Assembly: GCA_024231955.1 (NCBI GenBank)
Contig: JAAEPZ010000538.1
Location: 435,340 to 499,339, forward strand
Direction of reading: 5' to 3'
DNA length: 64,000 nt
Source: a bacterium
GTDB lineage: Bacteria; Krumholzibacteriota; Krumholzibacteriia; JACNKJ01
Position numbers and translations under genes: made by a program. This document shows positions 17,156 through 26,310 of the stretch, piece after piece. The stretch's first letter is position 1, and each line of letters begins with the position of its first letter. The notes below the pieces were generated by a model that was not told the origin of the DNA, ran no database searches, and saw only the letters and a program-made list of their open reading frames with translations.

Positions 17156-20100
17156 ATGCGCAATCTAATCGGGATCGGCCTTTTGGCCCTGCTCATCTCC
17201 GTCCAGTTCGCACAAACCGCACTTGCCGGAGCCAATGAAACCCCCGGCAAGAATTATCAGCCGCACCGGTTCGGCAGCTTCCACGGGAACCTGTTCGAGT
17301 TCGGCTACCAGGATCTGCAGCTTTTCAAAATCCATGTCGTCGAGGATCAGCACTATCGCGTTGGAGCCTGTTACGCCGATTCCAAACGGGACAACTCCCC
17401 CGGCGGCGCCGGTCTGTTCAATTTTCAGGATTTCATCAGCGACAATAAGTACGATGTCATGTTGTTCACCTCCCATGGTACCGCGGATTGGGAAACGGTG
17501 ATCGAATTCTATGAATTCACCGCGCCCGGCTTTCTGATCCGCGCTCAGCAACTGGCGCTATATCACCTAATCTACGATCCCGATGAGGTCATTGCCGTGG
17601 ATGGGGAGGACTGGTTGGGGATCGCCGTCACGGAGAGCTTCTATGACAGGTTCATGAGGACCCCCGACGCCCTGGCCTGGTGGGCCTCCTGCTACTCGAT
17701 CGATATCGAACTGGTCGATCCGGGGCAGGCCCGGGCCTATGTCGGTTATGACGACTATGTCGTGAACATGAAGGTCAACTGCGATGAGCGGTATGTGCTG
17801 GGCCGGATGGACGGCCAGATGGGGCAGCAGTGGCGACCCCTGAAAAAGGCGATCGAGGGGGTCAACTCGCAATGTCCGCCCAACGACGCCTCTCTGGAGG
17901 CCCTGGGGAAGTTGAATACGACTCTCTCCCCCTCCGTGATCGAGTGGGAGCCTACCGGCGTCGTCTGCGTGGTCACGCCGGGACACGTCAAATTAGATAC
18001 GAGTCTCGACGTGAGCATCGATCCCCGTTCGGTGGTCAAGGCCTACGGGGACGCCGACCTCATCAACCATTCCTGGTCCGGCGACGACCGGATCGATTTC
18101 ACGGTCGTCCCGACCAGGCCCTATCCGAATATCGAGTACAGGGTCAAGGAGGCGAAGGCGGTAAGCAAGGCCGATCATGCCCGTCTGGACGGCAACACCT
18201 GGCCGGGGCCGCAGAACGCCTATGGTCCCAACCGCGACGACTTCGTCTGGAACACCACCTGCCCCGGCGGTTCCACACCGCCGTCGACGCCATCGACGCC
18301 GACGCCCGTATCCCCGCCGTCGACACCGACCACTCCGGGCGGCACCACCCGCGTGCCCACACCTGTCACCAACGGCGGGACCACCGATCAGGTGATCACC
18401 ATCACGCTTTACGATGTCCTGACCTGGTGCAGCAATCCCGACACCACGTTCCTCTCCCGCGGCGGCGGCAGCGACATCCTGTTCTGGGATTTCGAGGTGC
18501 CGACGGATGCGCTGCCGGGTACGATCAACACCTTCACCATCACAATCGAGGGGGAGGGTGAACCCTTCGTCGCCCACGGCGAGATCGTCGTGCCGAGTCT
18601 GGTGGCGGCCGCATTGCTGGACAACCCGGCGGTTCTCACCGGCCAGATCCAGGAGAAGAGATTGATTGTGGAGAACAACCGTGAGGTGCCGGTCGATGTC
18701 GATAACCTGACGCTGCTGAGCAGTGAACCGATCATGATCACCCCCGACCTGCCCGGCTTCACGCTGGAGGCGGGGGGGGAGATCGAACTGCTCCTGATGG
18801 TTGACGTCCCCCCGGGGCCCGACAATATGGTCTTCCCAGTTCAGGTGACTGCCGACCTGACCGGTGAAACCTGCGAGATCGGCGGCTTCGATCTCGTCAG
18901 CGGATTGACGATCGTGCTGCCCGGCCAGGACCTTGAGGTGCCCACGGGCTCTCCCGGTACTCCCCGGCCGCTGCCGATCGAGAACACCAGCGGAGTGCCG
19001 TTCGATGTGCAGGTCCTGGCCGTGGATTCGCACGGCTGGCCCGTCTCCGTGCCGCCGGCCCTGCCGCTGGGGCCATTGGAGACGGCCGAGATACCTCTCG
19101 GTTTGAGTGTTCCGCCCGATCCCCTCTTGATCGGTCAGACCGGCAATATCACTCTGGAGCTGGAGGATCCGATCCTGGCCTTGTCATCCACCCATACGAT
19201 CCACTATACGATCGGGCCGGCTCTGGAGATTGTCCTGGGGAGCAGACAGATGGAGAATGTCTATACGGGCTGCGCCGGTTGCCCATTTATGTGGCACCTG
19301 GACCTTCAAAACTCCTCAATCGAGATGATCGAAGGTGAAATCGAGTTGCTCATCGACAGCGGTGGAGCGTTGCCCCTTCTGGCACCCATACCCATCATGA
19401 TGGGACCCGGCGAAATATACCCATTCGATTTCGCACTGCCCGAATTGCCGCCGGGTTTCGCGCCGGGGCTCTACCCGGTGACGATTGAGGCCACGACATC
19501 AAGCGGACTCGGCGATTTCTCGCTGAATACGGAGATGAAGATCACCACACCGGTAACGGCTACCATGATCCAGCGAGCTGTCGCGGGCTATCCGGGCGAG
19601 GAGGCCGTCGTCTCCGCCGTGATCGGGAATCAACGTTCCGACATGCCCATGAACGGCGAGTACGAGATAACGGACTCGATGGGTTGGCTGCCGGAACCGG
19701 TTCTAGGCATATACGATTTCGAGCCGGAGGGCTTGGAAACCCTGGATGTCTTTTTGAGTCCACCGCCCAGGGGGGCGCTGGATTCGACCGAGGTCACGTT
19801 GCGTATCACCATGCTGGATGATTTCGGCGGTCTGCTGGAGGATATGGCGTCAACCTGGCTGAAGGTTTTCGAGGAGCCTGTCGGTATTGAGGATGGTCCG
19901 CCGCCGGCCCACACGGATCTGATGGGCAACTATCCCAATCCGTTCAATCCGCGTACATCCGTCGAGTTCAACCTGGAGCGTGCCGGGGATATTCGGCTGA
20001 GTGTCCACGATGTGGCCGGACGGGTGGTCTCGGTGCTCCACGAGGGCTACGCCGGGGCCGGACGGCACAGTCATATCTGGGAGGGTATGACGGACGACGG

Positions 20101-20182
20101 GGTGGCATCCAGCGGCGTCTACTTCATCAGGTTGGAGACGGCCGACGGAATCTGGTCGAGCAAGGCGGTGCTGATCAGATAG
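17156..20182 (+). CDS. Large secreted protein (1008 aa) with a C-terminal type IX secretion (T9SS, Por_Secre_tail type A) sorting domain and a Pro/Thr/Ser-rich linker
   Basis: GGGAGG RBS; signal peptide LLALLISVQFAQTALA. Last ~80 aa: NYPNPFNPRTSVEFNLERAGDIRLSVHDVAGRVVSVLHEGYAGAGRHSHIWEGMTDDGVASSGVYFIRLETADG match the T9SS CTD consensus (NYPNPFNP...V.L.V.D..GR.V..L....AG.H...W.G.D..G..V.SGVYF.RL). PT-rich linker TPPSTPSTPTPVSPPSTPTTPGG. Confidence 0.8.
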   Translation: MRNLIGIGLLALLISVQFAQTALAGANETPGKNYQPHRFGSFHGNLFEFGYQDLQLFKIHVVEDQHYRVGACYADSKRDNSPGGAGLFNFQDFISDNKYDVMLFTSHGTADWETVIEFYEFTAPGFLIRAQQLALYHLIYDPDEVIAVDGEDWLGIAVTESFYDRFMRTPDALAWWASCYSIDIELVDPGQARAYVGYDDYVVNMKVNCDERYVLGRMDGQMGQQWRPLKKAIEGVNSQCPPNDASLEALGKLNTTLSPSVIEWEPTGVVCVVTPGHVKLDTSLDVSIDPRSVVKAYGDADLINHSWSGDDRIDFTVVPTRPYPNIEYRVKEAKAVSKADHARLDGNTWPGPQNAYGPNRDDFVWNTTCPGGSTPPSTPSTPTPVSPPSTPTTPGGTTRVPTPVTNGGTTDQVITITLYDVLTWCSNPDTTFLSRGGGSDILFWDFEVPTDALPGTINTFTITIEGEGEPFVAHGEIVVPSLVAAALLDNPAVLTGQIQEKRLIVENNREVPVDVDNLTLLSSEPIMITPDLPGFTLEAGGEIELLLMVDVPPGPDNMVFPVQVTADLTGETCEIGGFDLVSGLTIVLPGQDLEVPTGSPGTPRPLPIENTSGVPFDVQVLAVDSHGWPVSVPPALPLGPLETAEIPLGLSVPPDPLLIGQTGNITLELEDPILALSSTHTIHYTIGPALEIVLGSRQMENVYTGCAGCPFMWHLDLQNSSIEMIEGEIELLIDSGGALPLLAPIPIMMGPGEIYPFDFALPELPPGFAPGLYPVTIEATTSSGLGDFSLNTEMKITTPVTATMIQRAVAGYPGEEAVVSAVIGNQRSDMPMNGEYEITDSMGWLPEPVLGIYDFEPEGLETLDVFLSPPPRGALDSTEVTLRITMLDDFGGLLEDMASTWLKVFEEPVGIEDGPPPAHTDLMGNYPNPFNPRTSVEFNLERAGDIRLSVHDVAGRVVSVLHEGYAGAGRHSHIWEGMTDDGVASSGVYFIRLETADGIWSSKAVLIR

Positions 20183-20199
20183 GTCAGGAGAGGATCAGG

Positions 20200-23040
20200 T
20201 CAATCCGCAGCCGGCTCATCGGTTGAACTCGCCAGTCTGGCTCGCCATGCGGCGGCTTCGGCATCGTAACCGCCGTCCGGCTCCGCCGCATGCCGGGTGT
20301 CGTAGAGGTCGATGATGGCCCGTACGATGCCGATCGTGTGGCGATGGCTCTCTCCGACCAAGGCCACCACTCTATCATACGCCTCAAGCAACGCGGCAGA
20401 GGCCTCGTCGAACCGTTCGAGCTTCGACAGCGTTACTCCGTAGCTGGCCAGAAACGCCGCCGCATCCTGGTGTCTCTCCGGTTGAGTCTCTCTCGCCCAG
20501 TTGACGGCCTGGGCCCCACAAATTGCGGCCTCCTCGAATTGCCCCAGATCGCGCAGCAGTCGGCCCATGTTGTGGATCGAGGTGATGGTGCTGGGGTGGT
20601 CGTCTCCCAGCATGCGGCGGTTACCCTCCAGCGATTCGCGGAAGTAGGGTTCGGCCTCTTCCAGATTCCCCAATTTCTTGAGCAGAATACCCACATAGCT
20701 GATCGCAACCAGCGTGTTGGGATGGTCATCGCCAAGCGTTCGCCGCGACCCGGCCAGGACCTCCCGGAACATCTTGAGAGCCTCCTCGTATTTTCCCATC
20801 CCTATGAGCAGACTGGCCATGTTGCTGAACGAGACCAGGGTTTCGGGATGATCATCGCCGTTGATTCGGCGACGAATCTCCAGGACTTCACGAAAGTAGG
20901 ATTCAGCCTCGTCGAGCCGCCCTAGCGCATGATACAGGTCACCCAGATTGTTGATCACTACCAGCGTATTCGGGTGATTGTCGCCAAGCACCCGTCGGTT
21001 GCCGACCAGGGCCTCGTTGAAGTAGATCAGAGCCTCATCGTACTGCTCCATCGCTTTGAGCAGGCTGCCCATGTTGAGGACGGAGGTCAATGTCTCCACA
21101 TCATCATTGCCCAGAACACGTCGGTAACCCTCCAGCGCCTCCCGGTAGTAGACCTGTGCCTCCTCCAATCTTCCCATCTTGCTGACGATAAGACCCATGT
21201 TGTTGATCGCCGCTAACGTCTCGGGATGATCGTTGCCCAGAGTGCGGCGACGTCCCTCCAAACCCTCCTCGTAGTAGGTATGGGCCTCATCGAAACGCCC
21301 CATCGATTCGAGCAGATAACCCATGCGGTCAATCGATTTCAACGTATCCTGATGATCGTCGCCCAGCTCTGCGCGCCGGGTACTCAGGGCGGACTCCTGC
21401 AATGGCTTCGCCGGTTGGAAGCGTCCGATCCGACAGTACGTCTCCGCGACGGTTTGCTGAAGCGCCGCGCGGACCAGCGGCTGATCGATGAAATCCGAAC
21501 CTATCGCCCTCACCGCTCGGTCGAGCACCTGTTTGTCCATCAGATTCAACGCAACATCCGTTGCGTTCGCCTTGAGGAGCATCCGCTCAAACCCGGCTGC
21601 GGCGGATTCGCTCTCCTCGGGCGACAGCCCCTCCGCCTCCAGCGCTTCACGTATGCGGGAGCGGAGATCGCCGTACAGAGCCTGACCCATGGCCTCAACA
21701 TCGATATCGCTCAGCATCGACTGCTGGAACTCGGTGAGAATCTCCAGCTCATCAGCCCGCTCCTCGGCCAATGTCCGTTGCACCTCTTCGGCAATCTGCG
21801 CCGCCTCCGCCTCCCGGCGAGCACGGCTCTGGTTCTGGTACATGATCGACAGGGCGAATGTCGATCCGGTCAGGATGAGAATGAAGGCGGCGATCACACC
21901 GACGGCGAGACGATAACGCCGCAGCGATTTCCGGAGAACATACCAGGGGCTGTTCCGCTTGGCGTCGAGAGGTTCCCCGGCCAGATAGCGACCGACATCC
22001 CGGGAGAGGGCGTGCGCCGATTGGTAGCGACGCTCCTTCTCCTTCGCCAGGGTTTTGAGAACGATCGTCTCGATCTCGTTGTCGATCCGGGGATTGACCG
22101 ACGCTGGCCTCCTCGGTTCGACCTTGGCGATATTGCCGAGAACCTCGGCCACGTGGCCGACAACCCCGTAGGGGAAATCCCCCGTAAGCATTTCGTAGAG
22201 GATCATGCCCAGCGAATATACATCCGCGCGAGTATCGATCAATCGAGGGTCGCCGCAAGTGTGCTCCGGCGACGCATAGGCGAGTGTACCCATGAACTCG
22301 CCCAGGACCGTTACCGGCTGACCATCCTGTATGTCGGGCCCCGCCGCTTTCGCCAGGCCGAAATCCAGAACGTGCGGCTCGCCCTCCGCATTGACGCGAA
22401 TGTTGCCGGGTTTGAGATCACGGTGAATCACACCGCGCTGGTGGGCGGAGTTGACCGCGGAGCAGATCTTCCGGAACAGCCTCAACTTCGCCTTGGTGTC
22501 CAGCGTCGTGTTCTTCAGATACTCATCAAGGGAATGGCCATGGATGTACTCCATCGCGAAGTAATAGCGCCCCTGCGCCAGGCCGCTGTCGTAAACCGTA
22601 ACGATGTTGGGATGCTGAATACTGGCGATGAGGTCAATCTCGCGTTCGAAACGGTGTTGCTGTTTCGCCGAGGCGAATGGACCGTGCAGCAGTACTTTGA
22701 GGGCCACCGTCCGCTTCGTCGCCAGCTGCACGGCCTTGTACACGACACCCTGACCACCGCGATGAATCTCATGAAGGATATCGTAGCCTTCGATGTGATT
22801 TGCCGGTGCGGGATCTGCGCCCGAACCTGAATCACATGTCATGTCCGGATCGAAATCCACGGTCTTTCCGCAATCCTGCCGATTGCTCAGCCCGAATTGC
22901 GTAGTGAGTTTACGATTGGTGATGGTCTTGCGGCAACTCAGGCAGGAAGCAAGATGTGCCTCGAAGCGCTCCTTGTCCTCCGTCGACAGCTCCCCGGCAA
23001 TGAGCGCTTCAACCTCGTCAAACTTCAGACAGATATCCAT
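20200..23040 (-). CDS. Serine/threonine protein kinase with an N-terminal zinc-finger-like segment, a TM helix and C-terminal TPR (TPR_10/12-type) repeats
   Basis: Hanks kinase motifs: GGQGVVYKA...ALK (VAIK-like), HRDLKPGN, DFGLAKA, ASPEH. N-terminus CLSCRK. TM segment LAVGVIAAFILILTGSTFALSI. Then at least 8 repeats of the type LGDDHPNTLVAISYVGILLKKLGNLEEAEPYFRESLE. Confidence 0.85.
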   Translation of the reverse strand: MDICLKFDEVEALIAGELSTEDKERFEAHLASCLSCRKTITNRKLTTQFGLSNRQDCGKTVDFDPDMTCDSGSGADPAPANHIEGYDILHEIHRGGQGVVYKAVQLATKRTVALKVLLHGPFASAKQQHRFEREIDLIASIQHPNIVTVYDSGLAQGRYYFAMEYIHGHSLDEYLKNTTLDTKAKLRLFRKICSAVNSAHQRGVIHRDLKPGNIRVNAEGEPHVLDFGLAKAAGPDIQDGQPVTVLGEFMGTLAYASPEHTCGDPRLIDTRADVYSLGMILYEMLTGDFPYGVVGHVAEVLGNIAKVEPRRPASVNPRIDNEIETIVLKTLAKEKERRYQSAHALSRDVGRYLAGEPLDAKRNSPWYVLRKSLRRYRLAVGVIAAFILILTGSTFALSIMYQNQSRARREAEAAQIAEEVQRTLAEERADELEILTEFQQSMLSDIDVEAMGQALYGDLRSRIREALEAEGLSPEESESAAAGFERMLLKANATDVALNLMDKQVLDRAVRAIGSDFIDQPLVRAALQQTVAETYCRIGRFQPAKPLQESALSTRRAELGDDHQDTLKSIDRMGYLLESMGRFDEAHTYYEEGLEGRRRTLGNDHPETLAAINNMGLIVSKMGRLEEAQVYYREALEGYRRVLGNDDVETLTSVLNMGSLLKAMEQYDEALIYFNEALVGNRRVLGDNHPNTLVVINNLGDLYHALGRLDEAESYFREVLEIRRRINGDDHPETLVSFSNMASLLIGMGKYEEALKMFREVLAGSRRTLGDDHPNTLVAISYVGILLKKLGNLEEAEPYFRESLEGNRRMLGDDHPSTITSIHNMGRLLRDLGQFEEAAICGAQAVNWARETQPERHQDAAAFLASYGVTLSKLERFDEASAALLEAYDRVVALVGESHRHTIGIVRAIIDLYDTRHAAEPDGGYDAEAAAWRARLASSTDEPAAD

Positions 23041-23169
23041 GCGCCGCTCCCCGCCGCGAATGTGATCGGCAATAAAACCATCCAGGTGCGATATAGAGCT
23101 TACAGATATGCAACAGCGGGAGTCAAATCAAACATATATGTAACCGGGCAAACATGGACAATAAGCAGC

Positions 23170-24816
23170 CTACCCATTGATCATCCGAAGTCTGATCGTG
23201 AATGTCGCACCTTTGTCCGTATTGTTCTCCGCGCTGATCTTGCCGCCGTGACGTTCGACGATCTGCTTCACAAGCGCCAATCCGAGACCGGTTCCGTCTT
23301 TGGCGAACGCCACGGCATTGCTGGCTCGAAAGAACTCGTTGAAGACCTTGTCGATCTCGTCATGCGGTATCCCGATGCCGGTGTCCCGGATGGCGATAAC
23401 GATGTGATCGCTCTCCATCACTGCGCGGAGAGCAACACTCTCCCGCTCCGGCGTGTATTTGATCGCATTGAAGAGCAGGTTCGTCACGACCTCGGTTATG
23501 GAGAGTTCGTCCCCGACCATCGTGTCGATTTCAGGGGCGACATCCGCCTCGAGCGTGATGTGCTTGTCCACGGCTTGAGGTTCAACCGCCTCCAGGGATT
23601 TCGCGATCGACTCTTTGAGGGAGAAAGCCTGCACCTCCATCCGGCCGCTCAGACGGAGCTTCGTCAGGCGCAGCAACTCGGCGATGAATGCCGAGAGCCG
23701 GGCGGTGCGGAGGGAGGCCCGCTCCATGAACTCGGCCTTCTCTGCGGGCGATCCCACACCGGACTTCACATCGGCTATCGAGAGGCAACTGGTGATGGCC
23801 GCCAAGTGCCCTTTGATATCGTGGGTGACCCGGAACACATATTCATCCTTGATGCGGTCCTTCTCCTCGAGCTCCCTGTTTGCCTCTCGCAGAGCCTGCC
23901 CCTTTTTCTCCAGCTCCATGAAGAAGAGACTCTTCTGAATGAAATTGATCTGCCGAGATACCGCCTCAATGAAGTCGAACATACCATCCACCATGTTCGC
24001 CGCCGGCAGATCGACGTAGAGCAGATCAATGTCGTCGCCGATTTTGTTCACTTGAGCTGCGAAGACCACGCGGGGGGTATCGGCATCGATGATGGTCAGG
24101 TTTATGGTCTGATCGGTCAAAGGGTGGCTATGGACCATGACCGGCCCCTCCCCGGAGACGGCGGCATTCAGCACACGCCGGGAGAATTGCGTGGAGGGGA
24201 CGCTTATGAAACCGGCGTCTCCCACCACAACCCGGTAGGCGAGTACTTCGGGTTGGTCGGGGAATTTCCCGGCTTGAGCGGAGAGCCGCAGGATGCCGAC
24301 GAACCCCTGAATCGATTCGGCAAGATGATGACAGGCCTGGGCGTAGAGATCCGCCGAACTCGACAGTTTCAACAGTTTTTCGGTGAAGGTGTTGAAGGTG
24401 GGCAACAGCGCCGGTCCCAGCAGCGCGACCGGTTCCGCTCGATAGGGGATCACCTCTTCGCCGGGGCCTTGATCGATTACGGAAAAGGTCCGACAGGGCG
24501 GGCAGCCCGCGCCGCGCCCCTCCGATTCATCATCCAGGATCAGGGTGAAGCCGGAGATCGTGACTTTGAGTCCGGTGATCATCGCCTGTGATTTGACGCG
24601 CCGGCCATTGATGACGACACCGTTGTGGCTGTCGAGGTCCTCGATGATCCAACTGCCGAAGGTATTGCGATAGATCCGTGCATGCTGCCGCGATACGCTC
24701 CCATGGTTGAGCAGGATGTCACACTGCGGATCCCGTCCCAGAATGTTGCCCTTGGGATCAAGGGCAACCACGGCCTTCCCATCGGGACCGGCAATGTTCA
24801 GGAATACATCCGGCAT
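23170..24816 (-). CDS. Cytoplasmic sensor histidine kinase with an N-terminal FHA domain (FHA - GAF-like - HisKA - HATPase_c)
   Basis: FHA core GRDPQCDILLNHGSVSRQHARIYRNTFGSWIIEDLDSHNGVVINGRRV. H-box RVTHDIKGHLAAI. N/G boxes LLFNAIKYT, DTGIGIP, GTGLGLALVKQIVERHGG. GGAGAGG RBS. Confidence 0.85.
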   Translation of the reverse strand: MPDVFLNIAGPDGKAVVALDPKGNILGRDPQCDILLNHGSVSRQHARIYRNTFGSWIIEDLDSHNGVVINGRRVKSQAMITGLKVTISGFTLILDDESEGRGAGCPPCRTFSVIDQGPGEEVIPYRAEPVALLGPALLPTFNTFTEKLLKLSSSADLYAQACHHLAESIQGFVGILRLSAQAGKFPDQPEVLAYRVVVGDAGFISVPSTQFSRRVLNAAVSGEGPVMVHSHPLTDQTINLTIIDADTPRVVFAAQVNKIGDDIDLLYVDLPAANMVDGMFDFIEAVSRQINFIQKSLFFMELEKKGQALREANRELEEKDRIKDEYVFRVTHDIKGHLAAITSCLSIADVKSGVGSPAEKAEFMERASLRTARLSAFIAELLRLTKLRLSGRMEVQAFSLKESIAKSLEAVEPQAVDKHITLEADVAPEIDTMVGDELSITEVVTNLLFNAIKYTPERESVALRAVMESDHIVIAIRDTGIGIPHDEIDKVFNEFFRASNAVAFAKDGTGLGLALVKQIVERHGGKISAENNTDKGATFTIRLRMING

Positions 24817-25056
24817 GGCTCGCCTCTCCGTTCGGTCTTGTCAGACAGATGGTTGCATCGTCGCCCGATTCAGCATACCCGCCTGCAAACGAACAGACAA
24901 GGGCCAAACAACGGCGATGAGCAGCCTTCAGGCGAGATACTGATCAGTCGCATCATGGAGCTGTTTGAGACCTGAATGGAGCGGAGGCGGCATTGGGAGA
25001 TATAGAGCGACCGGGAGTGTTAAGTGCTCACCCGTTTTGATTCCGGAGTAGGCGTC

Positions 25057-25461
25057 CTAGTCATTGATGAGGTTGGCCAGGGTCGTCTGGGCGAAGTGCT
25101 TCCGGGTTTCCTCGATCATGCGGGTGACCAGATTGCCGAGAACGCAGTTCTGCAACTGACATACCGGGTTGCTCATAAGGCAATCGTGATCCGTCAGGGG
25201 GCCATCGATAGCCTCGTATATTTCGAGGAGAGTGATCTCCGCCGGGTCTTTCGCCAGACGGAATCCTCCGCCGGGTCCGCGAGTCGATTTCACGAAGCCC
25301 TGCTTCTTTAGCCTTTGCAGCACCTTGTTGAGATGGTCCCTGGATATCTGGAACGCATCTGTGATCTCGGCAACCGAGATCAGACCATCCTGGCTATGAC
25401 CGGCCAGATAGGTCATGGCGTGCATCGCCAGGTTCGCTGCTTCCGAAATATTGAGAATCAC
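25057..25461 (-). CDS. Rrf2 family transcriptional regulator (NsrR/IscR-like, 3-Cys cluster ligands)
   Basis: Start reassigned to GTG 25459-25461 (GGAGG 7 nt upstream), giving (M)ILNISEAANLAMHAMTYLAGH..., the canonical Rrf2 N-terminus. wHTH ISRDHLNKVLQRLKKQGFVKSTRGPGGGFRLAK. Cys triad CLMSNPVCQLQNC. The track ORF 25057..25533 extends 24 codons upstream without an RBS. Confidence 0.75.
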   Translation of the reverse strand: MILNISEAANLAMHAMTYLAGHSQDGLISVAEITDAFQISRDHLNKVLQRLKKQGFVKSTRGPGGGFRLAKDPAEITLLEIYEAIDGPLTDHDCLMSNPVCQLQNCVLGNLVTRMIEETRKHFAQTTLANLIND

Positions 25462-25548
25462 ATTCCGACCTCCGTGAGAATGCACAGAATTCCCCCATCG
25501 GAAGGAAGTTACTTTTTTCAGTGTCGGCAACACCTGACACCATATTTC

Positions 25549-26307
25549 TTACAAAGATCTGCTATCCAGGATGTCTCCCCGTATCCCGGCCACGATCAGT
25601 GTCGCAGGCACCTTGCGTGAAGCCTGAGCCAAAGCTTGCTGGGCCAACTGGGCGAGTCCGCCGCAGCAGGGGACCTCCATGATCATTACCGTGAGACTCT
25701 TGATATTCCCCTGGTCGATCATGGCGATGAGTTTGTCAAGATAGACATCCATACCCTGATCCAGTTTGGGGCAGGCAATGGCCAGCGCCTTGTTCTTGAG
25801 GTGAGTACCGTGGAAATCACCTAGGGAGTAGGCGGTGCAATCGGCGGCCAGCAGCAGATCGGCATCATTGAAGTAGGGGGCCGTCGGGGGCACCAGATGC
25901 AACTGGACGGGCCACTGCTGAAGCGTCGAGGGCGCGGGGGCATGGTCACCCGCTGTTGGTGCTTTCTCCTCAGTGAAGTTCAGCGTGCGGGAACCGGGAC
26001 ATCCCTGGAACATCGGTTCGGCGGCCGGGGTCGGTTTGGCCCGACCCCGGTCCTGAGATTCATCTATTGCTGTCAGGTGTTTGGCGACCGCATCCTCGTC
26101 AAATTCGTCGGCCTCCCTCTCCTCGATGGTGATCGCGTCCACCGGGCAGTTGCCCAGACAATCACCCAGACCATCGCACAGGTTTTCCCCAACCAGACGC
26201 GCCTTGCCGTCGATAATCTGAATGGCGCCTTCGTGGCAGGAGGGTACACATTCACCGCAACCGTCGCAAAGCTCCTCATCGATTTTGACAATCTTCCTGA
26301 CAGCCAT
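25549..26307 (-). CDS. Two-[4Fe-4S] ferredoxin-domain protein (Hcp-associated)
   Basis: Two CxxCxxCxxxCP motifs (CDGCGECVPSC, CDGLGDCLGNCP) plus a C-terminal Cys-rich domain (CCGG). The start codon is 3 nt after the hcp stop. Confidence 0.75.
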   Translation of the reverse strand: MAVRKIVKIDEELCDGCGECVPSCHEGAIQIIDGKARLVGENLCDGLGDCLGNCPVDAITIEEREADEFDEDAVAKHLTAIDESQDRGRAKPTPAAEPMFQGCPGSRTLNFTEEKAPTAGDHAPAPSTLQQWPVQLHLVPPTAPYFNDADLLLAADCTAYSLGDFHGTHLKNKALAIACPKLDQGMDVYLDKLIAMIDQGNIKSLTVMIMEVPCCGGLAQLAQQALAQASRKVPATLIVAGIRGDILDSRSL

Positions 26308-26310
26308 GAC

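Noticed and set aside
20290-24591. Plus-strand ORFs 20290..20925, 21226..22830 and 22897..24591
   Set aside because: Antisense shadows of the Ser/Thr kinase and FHA histidine kinase genes. No motifs, and high Arg/Leu/Gly content typical of reverse-frame GC-rich sequence.
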